This document shows, piece after piece, positions 37,705 to 51,128 of a stretch of DNA of 64,000 bases. The stretch's first letter is position 1; each line of letters opens with the position of its first letter. The notes under the pieces are model-generated. The model was not told the DNA's origin, did no database searches, and saw only the letters and a list, made by a program, of their open reading frames with translations. The position numbers and the translations under genes are program-made. Location: NCBI RefSeq assembly GCF_009834535.1, contig NC_045697.1, positions 116,934,001 through 116,998,000 of the forward strand, given 5' to 3'. This DNA comes from Camelus ferus. Lineage: Eukaryota.

Positions 37705-38329
37705 TGCATTCTAATTTTTGAGAATGATTTAGAGTTTGAACAGTCTTCTTTTCAGATTTTGGCAACTGTATGACAGCGTTTGTGTGCGGCGCCCAATTTC
37801 TTCTGTCGTTCTGAACCTTGTGCTGAAAGGCGGGGTTTATGTCCTTTTCTGAAAGAACAGAATGCAGGTCTCTGTCTTCCTTGTCTAGTCGCTCTCACAG
37901 CACAAGGTCCATGATCTTTCCACAACGCACACCAAATATCCCCTTTCTATATTTTTAGTTTGAGCTAAATTGTTGTAAAATTAGAGAGAAGGTTCAGATT
38001 AATATCCAGAGTGTCTTTATTACTCCCAAATTGAATAGCTTTTATGTGCAAAAGCATACTTGTGTGATTTGAAACGTTGCTCTGTTTTAATCAGCTCACA
38101 GCACTTGTTCATCAACAGGTGGATCTTTCTGTTGCCCGAGAGCAGGTCCAATTAGATCTGAGTAAAGGCGTCTTAAAACACTGAACTGAGGGATAGCACG
38201 CATGCAGACATAAAGAAGAGAACTCAGTCACCCTACTCTTCTACAGTCACTCCAGGGCGTGGTTTATGTAGTAATTAAGTAAGAGTGGAAGTAAACACTG
38301 AAAAAGTTTGACATGGATGCAGGGATCAG

Positions 38330-38520
38330 AGTGTCTACCACTTAGGGATGGGGTCACAGGGCTCTGTTTTTTCAAGCTTTCTCCCTGCAAATGACACCCA
38401 CTCCTCCACTCCCACGTCATTGGCTGACACAAATCACATGACTGTGGCCAACTTCAAGGGACCATGAAGCCCCGTTTTACCACATGACTGAGGAGGGAGA
38501 GCAGAAACGATGCTGGGATA
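38330..38520 (-). mobile_element. Old MLT1 (J/K/L-like) LTR fragment
   Basis: cacgtcattggctgacacaaatcacatgac...ccaacttcaaggga resembles old MLT1 antisense text. Confidence 0.5.
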
Positions 38521-40639
38521 CTGGTGTCAAATACCGAGGTTCTATTCTCCATCCTGAGTGAAAATATACCTCCTCCTTTTTGTGGGGAAACAGAACTCCC
38601 CAGATTTCTCAGTGCCCCTGTGGAAAGCTGCAGCCTTCTGAGACAAGGAAACATACAGGACGTAAAGATAGGCAATGTTTGGTTTTTTTTCCTGGAAGCC
38701 TTTTACCCTGCATGTATTAGGAGAATCAGACCTGTGGCAATTTGGACTCTGTCCCTAGGTTAAGTCCCAAGGTGCCAGAAAGACTGGAAAACTCTCCTCC
38801 CAGCTGTTTACATTCCAAATCCTATGAAGCCCAGAACTTGGCAGCTTCTCTAGGTCCCAGAAGCAGGAGACATTCAGTGTTTATCTGGCCCTTGGAAAGA
38901 TGTATTTGCATTCCAGAAGTTCAGGGTGAGAATCCAGGATTCTTGCCATTACTTCCCAAAAGAGCAAAAGTTATTATTCTTTCTTAATCCTCTCTTTTCA
39001 AAAGGGTCGGCGGATAGCTGTCTCTCTACTGGATGCAGAGAAAATGCACTATTCCCTGTTCCTTTGGAGATGTAGAAGTTTGTGCGGGTAGGACATTTTC
39101 CCCGACTTTCCTCCAGTCACCCTTGGGGTAAGAATCCAGCTGTGAGGGACCACAATGGCATTATTTGCTTTTTAAGTGAAAAATAGTTGTCTGTCTTTGA
39201 TACAGAATACCTCCTTCTCGTTTGCACATTCAGGATAAAATTTATAAAGGTCAATATTAACAATCCAACACTTCTCTAAGGGAACCCAGACACAGCATCA
39301 AGCGCCAGCGCCTGGTAAGTGCCTGGTCTCCACCTCCCAGGGTGATGCGGGGGTGCGGGGGTTTCTCCATGAAGTCCAGGTGTGGCCCATCTTGACCTGG
39401 AGATTTACAATGGTAATAGTTATTTGCCTGGATAGACTCAGTCTACGGTGACCGATCAGGTTCAGGATAAGCACAATGAACACTGGGTGGGGAAGGAGGG
39501 GAACGGGGGTCCCATGGCCAAGCTGTCCATCCATTGGTGACATCCTGCTGGACCACAAATCCAGCGCCCTCGACCCTCCCACCCCTCACTCAACCACGTT
39601 CTGTGGTCTGAATGTTAATGCCTGCCTCCCCTATGTATCTACGTGCACTCTGGACAGCGAGCTCTCTGTAGAATAGACTTTCACGCCTCTGCAGCTGGAG
39701 CCTTCCCCATCCATCGCTGGATCTACTTAACAGTTAATTAAATATGAATGTGTGTGATTAAAGCTCAGTGAGGAACTAACTACTCAGCAAAACTTACCCC
39801 GAGCAAAGATTCACAGCCGGGATGATGGACCCATGCAATCTCCCACCTTCTCAACAATGTCTCATTTTTCACCCTTTGAATCTTTCTAATGGCATTATAC
39901 TGCCTGAAATTTACTTCTGGCATTATGGGTAAAATTTTTAGTATTAGTAATAAAAATCCAATAATTCTGGTCCCTACATACATGGAAAATGAAACACATT
40001 TCTCATACACTCTTAAAGAGTCCCGTGAAAAAATGAGGCTGAAATAAATCAAACACACAGCCAAGCTGAACAGAAATACAAGTCTGGGAAATTAGTTCGG
40101 AAAATTGAAATCAAGTCTTTTTTTGATTGAAAACTCTAAATTGAGGAATAGTGCTACTCACCTCAAATTTTCTTTTGCATGAAGAATTTAATGAACTTGT
40201 ACACTCCGTGGGTATATATATATGTTTGAACAGTATCTCAATAATTACACCATATGTATTCATAAAAGGCTCTAATGCTTCTTGCTTGATACAGCGTTAC
40301 TCAAAGAATTTCTGTTGGCACTCAGATGAAATGTTTTCTGATAAGACAACAAATGTCGTATTTAAAATTAACCTTAAATAAAAATAGAAGGTGTGAACAC
40401 GAAAGTCACATGGAATTTATTCTTCTCTCCTTCCCTTATCTGTCTTTTTAACTTCCTCCTTTCTGTCCTTCCTTGCATTTGTTTATGGAAGAGACAAATT
40501 TTATTCTAACACATTCATGCTCTCAACATACAGTCATTGAAAGCCTACTACGCAGTATTTCTATTCTATAATATTCTGAGGTTTGGCAAAATATTTTATA
40601 TGTATTGAATTTAAAAAGGTTTTTTTTTTTTTTTTGAGT

Positions 40640-41830
40640 TTGTAGTGCATTTGTGAAGTTTAAAAATCCAAGTGACATATACAAAGAGATGCAGTTAGAT
40701 ATCTAGTCATTGTCCCTGTCCCTGGCCACCCTGAGTCGACTGAATTCCCTTAGAGAACCAGGTTTTATGTGTTCCTGTGTAAACTTCCAGTGTTTATGTA
40801 AATACAGGCAAATGTAAATATATATCATTACCTTCCTAAACAAATGGTGTGACACTGTTATGTACGTTGACTATGTGTTTTGTCTGCTTGTTTGTGTTGT
40901 TTTATTTTGTTTTTGTTTTATTCACTTAACTATGTATCCTGGAGAATTTTCCATATCAAGGTATAAAAAAGTCTTCAATTTTTTTTCTTTTTTCTGTTTT
41001 ATTAAGTAGAATTATTATAGTTTGACTGCACATATACATTATATTGCATGTAAAAACGTCTTCAACTGAAAACAAATTACATATGTAACAACACCATAGT
41101 CTGTTTAATCCAGTCCCCTTTAGATGGACATGACTAATTGTCACTGGTTCATTTGCTGACAGAAAAGTACTGCAAGAAAATAACTGTCTGCATAAAAATC
41201 ATTTAGGTGCTTCTGCAGGGTAATTTCCCGTAAGGATTTTTGCCAGATAAAAGCTTTTTAATTTTGTTCAGCTTTATCAAATTGCTCTCTTTATAGGATG
41301 TGGTATTTTGTAATCCCACCAGAAATGATTGAAAATGTTGTTTTTTTCATACAACTTCACCAACAGAGTATATTGTCAAACATTTTGAATTTTGACCAGT
41401 ATTAATACAGGCAAAACACGTTATTGTATTTTACTAGGGTTTATTTTTCGTGAATGAGGTTGCACATTTTTTTATTTCTCAGGGAATATTTTTATTTGAT
41501 TGTCAAAGAATCATGCACATCTTTGCTTATTTTTCTGTTGAGTTGTTGGCTTTTGTCTGAATTCCTAGGTATTAGTGTATTGGGAAGATTACAGATTGCC
41601 TGCAACAAAGTTTCTTTATATTTTTAAGTTTGACACTTGTCTTTCTTTTGATCACTTTGTGATTAGTTTTTTCTTATAATGGCATTTAAAAGAAACTCCC
41701 TGATAATTTTATCACTTACTTTAATGATTTCTACACTTTACGTGAGGGTCAGAAAAGTTTCCTTCTCCACACTAATGTTATTAAAAAAAATGCATCTGTG
41801 TTTATTTTTCATACCTTTATTTCCCTTTTC
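40640..41830 (-). mobile_element. Highly degraded L1ME-type element
   Basis: T-rich strand; ttcacttaactatgtatcctggagaattttccatatca, tttaatccagtcccc...gatggacat, tcccaccagaaatg, gaatgaggttgcacattttt. Confidence 0.7.
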
Positions 41831-42569
41831 TTAACATAGTTGCAATATCATGCAGATGTGAACTGGAGGATTTCCAGACAGTGTTTTAGTTTAACCACAA
41901 TTTGTAAAAAGCCAAAGGTCAAGAACTGCCTTGCTGTCAAAGGGCAGATTCTGGACGTGGCATTCCTGATACAATGTCACATTTGTAATTTCAACACCAG
42001 ATCTTACTTCATGAACGTCTTCCCGCCCTCTGATGAAACTTACAAAAAATTTAGCAATTCTTTTGTTATTCCCTGAGAATGAACATAATAGCCCAGGCTG
42101 ATGAAGTTACTGCCATAGGGCCCTATTGATAGAGAATGTGACTCCAGTCCATGTAGGGTCACATTCCTTCCATTCCAAAGACATGTGTGGCCCTCCTTCC
42201 CCACAAAAGAGAGCTTTTCCTCAGTTCCTCACATTTCATTGTACTTGTGTAAGTGGGCACATCTATTATGCACAGTGAGGGCTCAGGAAGACAGGCTGTC
42301 AGGGAAAAATGAAGCCCCCAGATGCCATGCAAGACGTATGTGCTCTCCTCCAGCCCAGAAAGTCTGCCTAGAGGTCACTGGGAAAGAAGAAAGCAAGAAA
42401 TGTCCTTTAAATGTTTTGTTGATATCGAATCTTGTGTGTATTTAGGATTATTGGAGAGTTACTATTGCCCAGTTGAAGCAACCTTATTTGTTTTTGAAAA
42501 ACGAATGAAGAATTTAAAATTACATAAGAAAACAATGTTAAAACCTTGTGCTTATAAATGAATAATAAT

Positions 42570-43320
42570 CATTAAAAATGCTTTGGTTACTCAATATAAA
42601 AATATCGAACAAACTTAGAGGTAGAATTCACAAAAGGGAAATACATCTGGCTTATATTATAAAAATTCTAAGATAACCTTGAAATGGTGTATCATGTCTC
42701 TGTATAATACTGTTGAAGTTATTTTTTCAAAAGGAAATATTCAGTGATGGTGGAGGTATGGTAGAAGGGGCTTTAGATGGACTGCCAACATGATGCGACC
42801 CCTTTGTGAAGAGATTTGGGTATGAATGTAATGGCAAAATACTGTGACCCAATAAAGCACTGCTTATAGCCAAAGGAAATACTCTGAGATTAGTATAAAT
42901 TTTTATATACAAGTATGGTCATTAACATATTATTTATGACAAAGACATTCAACCCTCTTCCTGGCCACAAACGAAATGTCCAGTCATAGGGTTAAAAGTT
43001 AAATAAATCGTGTTATATTGATAATATGGGAGATCACAGTCACATAAGATTAGTATTTTTGAAGGAAATCTAATAGCATGGAAAAATACAGCATAGCACC
43101 ATGCAAAATGAAAGCTAGAAGTGTATTTCTATTTGCATGTTTATCTGTATATACAGACACAAGGCATAAAGCAGTGTTTTAGAGAACACATTCTCTCACA
43201 CACATAAAAACTTACATTATTGAAAATAAAGCTCAGAAGTTTAACAGTAGATATTACTACCTGATAGGATTATATGATTTACATTTCGTCTTTATATTTT
43301 CAGTATTTTCCACAGTTTCC
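42570..43320 (+). mobile_element. Highly degraded L1ME-type 3' region
   Basis: aattcacaaaagggaaataca, tgtgacccaataa, gttaaataaatcgtgttatat, ttatattttcagtattttcc. Confidence 0.55.
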
Positions 43321-43868
43321 TCTATTAGGTATATATAAGTAAAATTTCTAACTGAAAAATTTTATTGGGGGCGGTTATTATATTTCTTCTTGTCTCTAAC
43401 TTGCGTTCATCACCAATCATTTTTGCAGGATTATCAGGCAAACCAACAGTCACTTCACTGCACTCAGTTTTATAATACAGAGTTTCAGGGGTCAGTCTCC
43501 GAGTCACATGAAATTTTCAAAGCTAAAATAAATATATGCTCTCGCAAGAATGATAGTAAAGATGCATATTTATTTATGTGCCTCCATTTTAACACTTAGC
43601 AGGTGTTATTTCTGACAGATCTGTGTTTTTTTTTTTTTTTTTGAGAAAAAAAAAAAAATCCCTGAGCCCTGACTGGGACTCACTAATAGAGAACTTTAAG
43701 TCAACCACGTTATAATTACAGGACAGAGGCATATTTTCTTAGGTACATGGACGATTATGCAAAAATGAGCAGTAATTCAAAAACAGCATTATCAAAAAAG
43801 TATTGAAAGGCAATATGCCTTTAAATCTGGCATCTGGGAACTTTCCAACTTAAAAGACATCTTTAAAT

Positions 43869-44353
43869 TCTTAAATTTTAAAATTTATTTTTACTGAAAT
43901 ATTGTTGATTTACAATGTTTCGAGGGTATAGCAAAGTGATTCATTTATATATATATATATATATATATATAGTTTTTCAGATTCTTCTGCATTATAGCTT
44001 ATTACAAAATATTGAATACCTATACAGTAGGTCCTTGTTCATATATTTTATGTACAGTGGTCTGCATGTGCTAGTCCCAAACTCCTAATTTATCCCTTCT
44101 CCCTCTTTCCTCTTTGGTAACTGTTAGTTTGTTTTCCGTGTCTATGATTCTGTTTCTGTTTTGTAAATAAGTTCATTTGTATCATTTTTTAGATTCCACA
44201 TATAAGTAATATCACATAGTATTTGTCTTTTTGACTTTCTTCACTTAGTATGACAATCTCTAAGTCCATTCATGTTGCTGCAAATAGTATTATTTCATTC
44301 TTTTTTATGGCTAATATTCCATTTTATACACACACACACACACACATATATGC

Positions 44354-44394
<41 letters not shown>

Positions 44395-44585
44395 TACCAC
44401 ATTTTCCTAAGCCAGTTGTCTACTGATGGACATTTAGGCTGCTTCTATGTAAGCAGTGCTGCTGTGAACACTGGGGTTCATGTATCTTTTCAAATTAGAC
44501 TTTTCATCTTTTCTGGATATATGCCCAGGAATGGGATTGCTGGATCTTATGGCAGCTCTATTTTTTAGCTTTTAATAAAAATTAA
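43869..44585. mobile_element. L1 3' end, almost wholly inverted relative to its A tail
   Basis: Antisense L1 3'UTR/ORF2 end 43869-44573 containing (TA)n/(CA)n tracts, then aataaaaattaaaa. 17 bp TSD aaaag[a/g]catcttt[a/g]aat at 43852-43868 and 44586-44602. Confidence 0.9.
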
Positions 44586-46249
44586 AAAAGGCATCTTTGA
44601 ATCAAGGGCATTTCTTGAATTATCCAGATTGGTTTGATGTGACTGAAACCCAGTGCACATTTGCATATTCGTCCAGCTCATTGTGAATTTTATCTGATTT
44701 GGAACTGAAATGGTGGCAAAAATATTCCTCTGACTTAGTTATTATTTAACTCTTCGAGCACTAATGTTGTATTAGCTGCTGTACAAGCGAATTATAATAT
44801 TCCTCCAAGATGCCATCTTTGAGACAATTTTTGTTTAATTTAGGAATTGAGATAATTGGATGTTTCTAAGTCGCCTCATTTATCATGCAAGAACATAGTC
44901 GCAGAATCCCAAGGAGAGTTCTTCACCATCTCATCTCCAAAAGTGAGATTTTCCTTTCCAAGGGTAGTTCTTGCCATGTCAACGTTAAGGATGCTAGGTT
45001 CTCACAAAGACGCTGACTCCAGGATTGATGTTTGCCAACAGCTTTCAAATCCCACCCGTCGCCTCCCCCTCTGCCCTTCATCTGAATAAGCTGATAAGAA
45101 AGTCCAGTTTTCCCTCCTTTGGCATCAGCAGTAAATTTGAACCCTGCAAGTCGTGATCCGCCAGCTTGACTCCTCACCCAGCCCCGCCGCCTAATTACAA
45201 TAGGAGCAAAGCCTGTCTCCTTTCCCTGCAATTTCTAAAGCCACTTTCAGACCTGCTTGGGAGCCTGCAAAACTTTCCCCAGAAAGTCTCATTCATTGTG
45301 AGACCCAGCAATGAACCTTTCACACCCTCTCAGTGTGTGTGCAGCGACGCTAAATCTCTCCATCGGAGCCAGGTTCTGGGTGGGATCCGTCCTGCCTTTG
45401 TGAGCTGATCGCAGCGCGGATGCAGTGGGTCACACTCAGCTGTGAAAATGCGAGATCTCTGAAACAATTCTCATTCCTCTTTCACAAAGCATTTAAGCAC
45501 GTGCAAGTCATGACTGCTTCTCTGATTCTTTCTCCTTCTGCCTGCTTATGTCCAGCGTGTTTTGTCATTCTCAGGGTCTGACGTACGACTCACCCCTGAG
45601 CATGTGACCAAAGCCTCCAGTTTTCCTTGTTCAGAGCATAATTCATAAAGCTTCTTTAGCCTTCCTGCAACTTTTCCCTCCAACGTGTTAGCTCGTTCTT
45701 GGTGGTGGCCTTGACACAGCTGGGAGCTCGTCTTCTGTGTGGATCTGTGTATTTGGTGGCTTAGCCTTTCTGTCTATCACTCTTTTTGTGGCTGGTGTAC
45801 TTCCCAGAAATTACGGTTGATTCTCTGTACCCCCCCCCCCACCACCTCAACTGCCTCCTGCTCTGGAGAGGACGTTGAGTGCGAGGTCCAAGGATTTCTT
45901 AGTCCGCCCACCGTGCCGGTAGACGGGTCATGTGCTGAACAGCAGCGCCATGCTGAACTCCACAGGGAGCCAAACTGGACCTGTGTTTTCATATGGACCT
46001 AGACCTGCACGTTCCTAGCCCAAGAGGGAAGATTAACAGACTAACCGATATGCAGGAGGGAATGCCCCTTCTCTTCTCTACTGTGAGCTCTGCCGCTGGG
46101 ACTTCAGCACTGTTTCTTTGTATGACTCCCGGAAGTAAGCCTGGGTCTGTGGCCGCCGGATGCTCGGTGGAATCGAGACATTGAAACTTCCTCTTCTACT
46201 TTGAAATCTAGCTTCTTCAAGTCCCAGTTGCTCTTTCTGGAATATCAGC

Positions 46250-47200
46250 CTATGTGCTTTTTATCAGCTGCCATCTTATAACCCTCTTCAGCTCATAAAC
46301 TGTCTTTTCTGTAGCGTCATCTTTGGTGAGGACCCACATTTTTGATACACTCCCAGCCTTACATAGAACCCAAGTTTACTCCCTCTTGACTCTAATTCTT
46401 CCTATCTGGGAGGGATCTGAGTAAACGTAAGGACTTCCTAGAATCATAATTAAGATCCACCTCTCAGACCCAGAGATGTAAAGCCATTCTCTTTCTTTCT
46501 GGTCTCTCTCTGTTGGGTCACCTGGCTGAGTCTTTGCTGGGAAAACTTCAGTGCCTGTGTCTTTAGGGCTTCCCCTCTAAGGCCGCTCAGAGTTCAAGTT
46601 CTGGAAATTCCAGCTTCCTGGAGAATGAATCCCTGGCTTTCAGTGTTCTTAGAACCCAGATGGAGCAACAGTAGGGCCTCAGAATTTATCGCTCAGTGTT
46701 CATATGTTCATTTAGTTCCCCTAATTTTTCATTTGTGCTCATCCACTCGACAGATTTCTCCAAATCTATGAATCTTCTATTTTTTCTTGTCCATGAAACA
46801 AACATTCAGTCTTCCTGGGCTTGGGGATGGACCGCCCTCTGGAGGGGTGGAGTTGATTGGGGATCTACGTTTCTGACTATTTATTAAGCAGCTTTCAGTG
46901 CATCCTTTTTATTTCAGTATTCCCTGTACCCCAAGTTACAAAGCGATTTGCTCCTATGAGTAGCCTAGCCATGTGAAGATTTTGAGGTGAGGACTGGGTT
47001 TCCTAGAGTGCCCTGAATAAGAATCTCTGGTCCACGTGCTTTCCAGCTTCCAAACAATGTTGTTGATATATTCTTCTGTCCACATTTCTTGGTGTATGCT
47101 TTTTCCTTTAAACTTTTAATTGTAGTTTTAATGTACTTTCAGGATGGGCCAAAATTTGATCTGTATAGTCAAGCCACTGTCTTTACCCGCCATCTTCCTC
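46250..47200 (-). mobile_element. HAL1/L1ME-type 5' region
   Basis: gtgctttccagcttccaaa...tgttgttga...ttttaatgtactttcagga...gccatctt resembles the antisense HAL1 5' end. Confidence 0.55.
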
Positions 47201-47498
47201 TTTGACTGCTATTCTTGAATTTTGTCCTAATCTGGAGTCCACAGAAATACCCAAGACTAATAAAAATTTGTCACTACCCAAGATTGCAGTGAATGATCTC
47301 AGAGACTTATTTATATCGGATGGGGAATGAGATGGCTACTGCTAGCCTAACATTGACCTTGGAAGCAGCAGCAGCTACCATTTACTTACGAGTCCTGTCA
47401 AACTCAGAGCTCATGAGGAGGTTCACAATTCTGAACTGAAGTACAATCTCAAAACCAGTTGTTAGTTTTGGTAACTCTGGAGCCAACTTCACGATGGG

Positions 47499-47886
47499 TG
47501 TTAGGGAAGGAATGTTTGTGTCTTCCCCAAATTCAAATATTGAAATCCTAATTCCCAATGTTATGGAATGTGGAGGTGGGGTCTTTGGGAAGTCATCAGA
47601 GCTAGATCGGGCCATGAGGGTGGGCTCCTCAAGATGGGATTAGCGGCCTTACAAGAAGAAGGAAAAAGAGAAATCTGAGTGTGTGTACGTGCTGGGGAAA
47701 GGCCATGTGAGGACACAGTGAGAACGCAGGTGTCTGTAAGCCAGAAAGAGAGCTCTCACCTCGACCTAAATCTGCCGGCACCCTGATGCTGGACGTCCCA
47801 ACCTCTTGCTGTGAAAAATAAACTTCTGCTCTCTAATCCACCCAGTCTGCAGGCTTTTGTTACGGCTGCCTGAGTAGACTTAGACA
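47499..47886 (+). mobile_element. MaLR solo LTR (MLT1A0-like)
   Basis: TG...CA; gaatgtttgtgtc...ggaggtggggtctttggga...gccatgtgaggacacag...aataaacttctg...ccacccagtct...gacttagaca. Confidence 0.92.
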
Positions 47887-48154
47887 GTGGCCAGCCCTGC
47901 CTGTCTGGACAGGAATGATAAAATACAGTGCAACAGCATTTCCTAGTGTTTCTAGCTCTTTGGCTGAAATTGCCTCTCCAGACTTTAAGAGATAAGCACT
48001 TAACCATGAGAACCATCTGGATATTAATTATAATTAAAACTCATACTCTGAAAGCCATGTAGGCTTGAGAGAGAAGCACAGTAATGAAAATGTTTTGTTC
48101 TGACTCTCCAAGCTACTGGCATTTTGCTGGAGTCACGGGGCTGAATCTTTTCCC

Positions 48155-49862
48155 TTGATTGAGTTATAATTGAGAAATAAACTTATTATAAGAGATTTAA
48201 AATGTACAATACAATAATTTGATGTGCATATACAGTGTAAAAGTAATCCTCCCACTGAGTTAACACGTCTATCACTTCATGTATTCACCTGTTATTTTTC
48301 TTCTGCTTTTTTTCCCCCTTTGGTGAGAACACTTAAGTTCTACTCTCTTAGCAAATTTCAATTATACATTACAGTGTTATCAACTATAGACACCGTGTTA
48401 TACATCAGATTCTCAGATCTCACTCATCTTATAACGGAAGGTTTGTCCTTTTTAGCCAACCTCTCCTTATTTCCCCCACCCTCTGGCCCCTGGAAACCAC
48501 CCTTCTACACTCTGCTTCTATGAGTTGGACTTTATTTTTAGATTCCACACATAAGTGATACCAAGAGGTGTTTGTCTTTCTCTGTCTGGCTTCTTTCACT
48601 GAACATCACGCCCTTCAGCTTCATTCATGTTGTTGCAAATAACAGTCTCCTTTTTCCTAAGGCTGAATGATACTTCAGGAAGAAAGGGAAATCACATCTT
48701 CTTTATCCTTTCATCTATTGATGGACACAGCTTGTTCCCATGCCTTGGCTCTTACAAATAACGCTGCTGTGGACATGGAGGTATAGCTATATCTTCGAGA
48801 TGATGAATTTGTTTGGCTATATATCCAGAAGAGGAGAAAACCAATCTTGAAATTTATTTGGAACCGTAAATGACCCAGAATAGCCAAAGTCGTCTTGAGA
48901 AAGGAGAACAAAGCTACTGGAGACATCACACTTCCTGATTTCAAAGTATATCACAAAGCTGTAGTAACTAAACAGTGTGATATTGGCACTAAAAAAAAAA
49001 AAAAAAAAAAAAGACAAATGGATCAATGGAAGAGAAGAGAGTCCAGAAATAAACCTTGTGTTTATGGTCAATTTTTGTCAAGAGTCAAAAATATACAATA
49101 GAAGAAAAGTCTCTTCAATAAATGTTGGAAAAATTGGACAGCCACGTGCAAAAGAATGAAATTGGCCACTATTTTACACTGTACACAAAAATTAACTCAA
49201 AATGGATTAGAGACTTGAACAGAAGACCTGAGAGTCTTGGAAGTCTAAGACCTGAATGTCTAAGAAGAAAACAAAAGGGGTAAATTCCCTGACATCAGTC
49301 TGGGCAACATTTTTTTTTTTTTGGACTTGACAGCAACAGCAATGGAAACAAAAACAAACAACTGCAACTACATCAAACTAAAAAATTTCTGCACAGCAAA
49401 GGAAATTACCACTAAAAAGAGAAGGAAATCTATGCTCTGGGAGGAAATATTCGTAAACCACATATCCAGTAAGGGGTTAACAGCCAACATAGACAAGAAA
49501 CTCATAAAACTCAATTAAAGAAAACCAGTTAAAAAATATGAGAGGATCTAAGTAGACATCTTTCCAAGGAAGACATACCAATGGCCAAAACATACACGAA
49601 AAGGTGCTCAACATCACTAGCCATCAGGGAAATGCAAATCAAAACCACAGTGATGTATCACCTCACACTTGTCAGAATGGTTTTTATCAAAAAGCCAATA
49701 ATAACACATAGTGTTGAGTAAAGGAGACCCTCCTACACTGTTGGTGGGAATGTGAACTGGTACAGCTTCTACGGAGGACAGTATGGAGTTTCCTCAAGAA
49801 ATTAAAAATAAAACTACCATATGACCGAGCAATTCCACTCCTGGGCATATATACAAAGGAAA
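48155..49862. mobile_element. L1MA-type element with internal inversion
   Basis: Antisense 3'UTR (ggtgagaacacttaagttctactctcttagcaaatttcaa) 48155-~48830, then sense ORF2 48831-49862 (ORF peptides ITLPDFK.Y.KA, YIKLKNFCTAKE). Confidence 0.92.
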
Positions 49863-50209
49863 GGGGGAATAAACAATTTCATTGAGGAGCTGATAAAATT
49901 CGTCAAGGAAAATCTTTATCCATGCCAATTACTGACCCTTGGGTGAATGCTATGAGAAGGGCATTCACCACAAAAGGACGCACATCCAACTTTCACATCC
50001 CTACTCAGGCAGTTACACGAAAGAGCTGTATCCCTGAAAAGACTGGCTTGCAGGAAAGGAGAGGCTGAAACCAGAAGAAAATGAGCCGCAGAGTGAGGAG
50101 GAGATAATAAAGTGAATGCGTCCAACATAAACCATTCTTGCAAGTGGTTCAGACTTGACAGGAAACCCAGAGGGGGAGGAGCTTAATGAGAGGGGAACAG
50201 TCTAGGGCA

Positions 50210-50490
50210 GGATTGTTTGTTTTGTTTTTTTTTTCAGGATAAGAAATTTGAGCTTGTTTTTAAAAGGAAGAGAAAGCGTCAAGAGTGAAGGGAGGTAGAA
50301 GGTAAAATAAGTGGACATAATTAAGAAAGAAAATTCTCGGAGCAGACAGGAAGGGAGGGGACCCAAAGCGCAGGGGAAGGGATTAGCTTTGGACACCAGC
50401 AGGAATAGAGTGAAAAGAGATAAACACGGTTCAAGATAAGCTTGATGTGGCGGGGAGGGAATTTGAAGGAATTCATACCTCACAGTGTTT
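50210..50490 (-). mobile_element. L2 fragment
   Basis: ggaagggaggggacccaaagcgcaggggaagggattagcttt resembles antisense L2 ORF2. Confidence 0.5.
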
Positions 50491-50811
50491 TCTTCTTTAA
50501 CTTGGAGACTTAGTTATCTGTTAGGAATTTAGATTAAACAAATTAAAAATAAAACTGGGACAACTGATATGAAATGGGAACACGATGTGAGTAAAGTTAA
50601 ATAAACTGTAGAGCAGTCCTGATGGATAAGCTCAGAGTCTGGTCTATGCAGAGAACTTGCAAGCCCTTGGTGGGGTTATTTTCTCACTATTTTTGGTGAG
50701 TTTGGTGCTGAGTCACCACTTAAGAGTGCGATTGAGAAGTAGGTCTTTATGGTAAATAAAACATTCAGTGATGAATTAGGTTTATGAGGGTGATGGATTA
50801 TGTTAATGTTA

Positions 50812-50985
50812 CAAAAATTCTGCAATGATGTAGTGCAATGGAAAACAACTGGAATTAGAAATAGATCTGTGCTTCGATGTTAGCTATGCTATCCACGGTG
50901 TCATCCTGGGCATGCTAAGTACTCACTGAAGCTCAATTTTTGCAACTATAAAATGGAAGTAATAATACGATCAAGTGAGATATTC
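50812..50985 (+). mobile_element. MIR fragment
   Basis: gtagtgcaatggaaa...tcctgggcatg...ctgaagctcaatttttgcaactataaaatgg. Confidence 0.65.
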
Positions 50986-51128
50986 TGTTATTTTTATTAT
51001 CATAGTATTATCTTTATTGTTGCTATTGCCTCATGAAAAACCAGCTGGCGTGTGATAAAACTCTAACCTCTGGATGGAAGAAGTATGAAGGATGTATTGT
51101 CAGGAGACCTTGAGGGATGGGAGATGTT

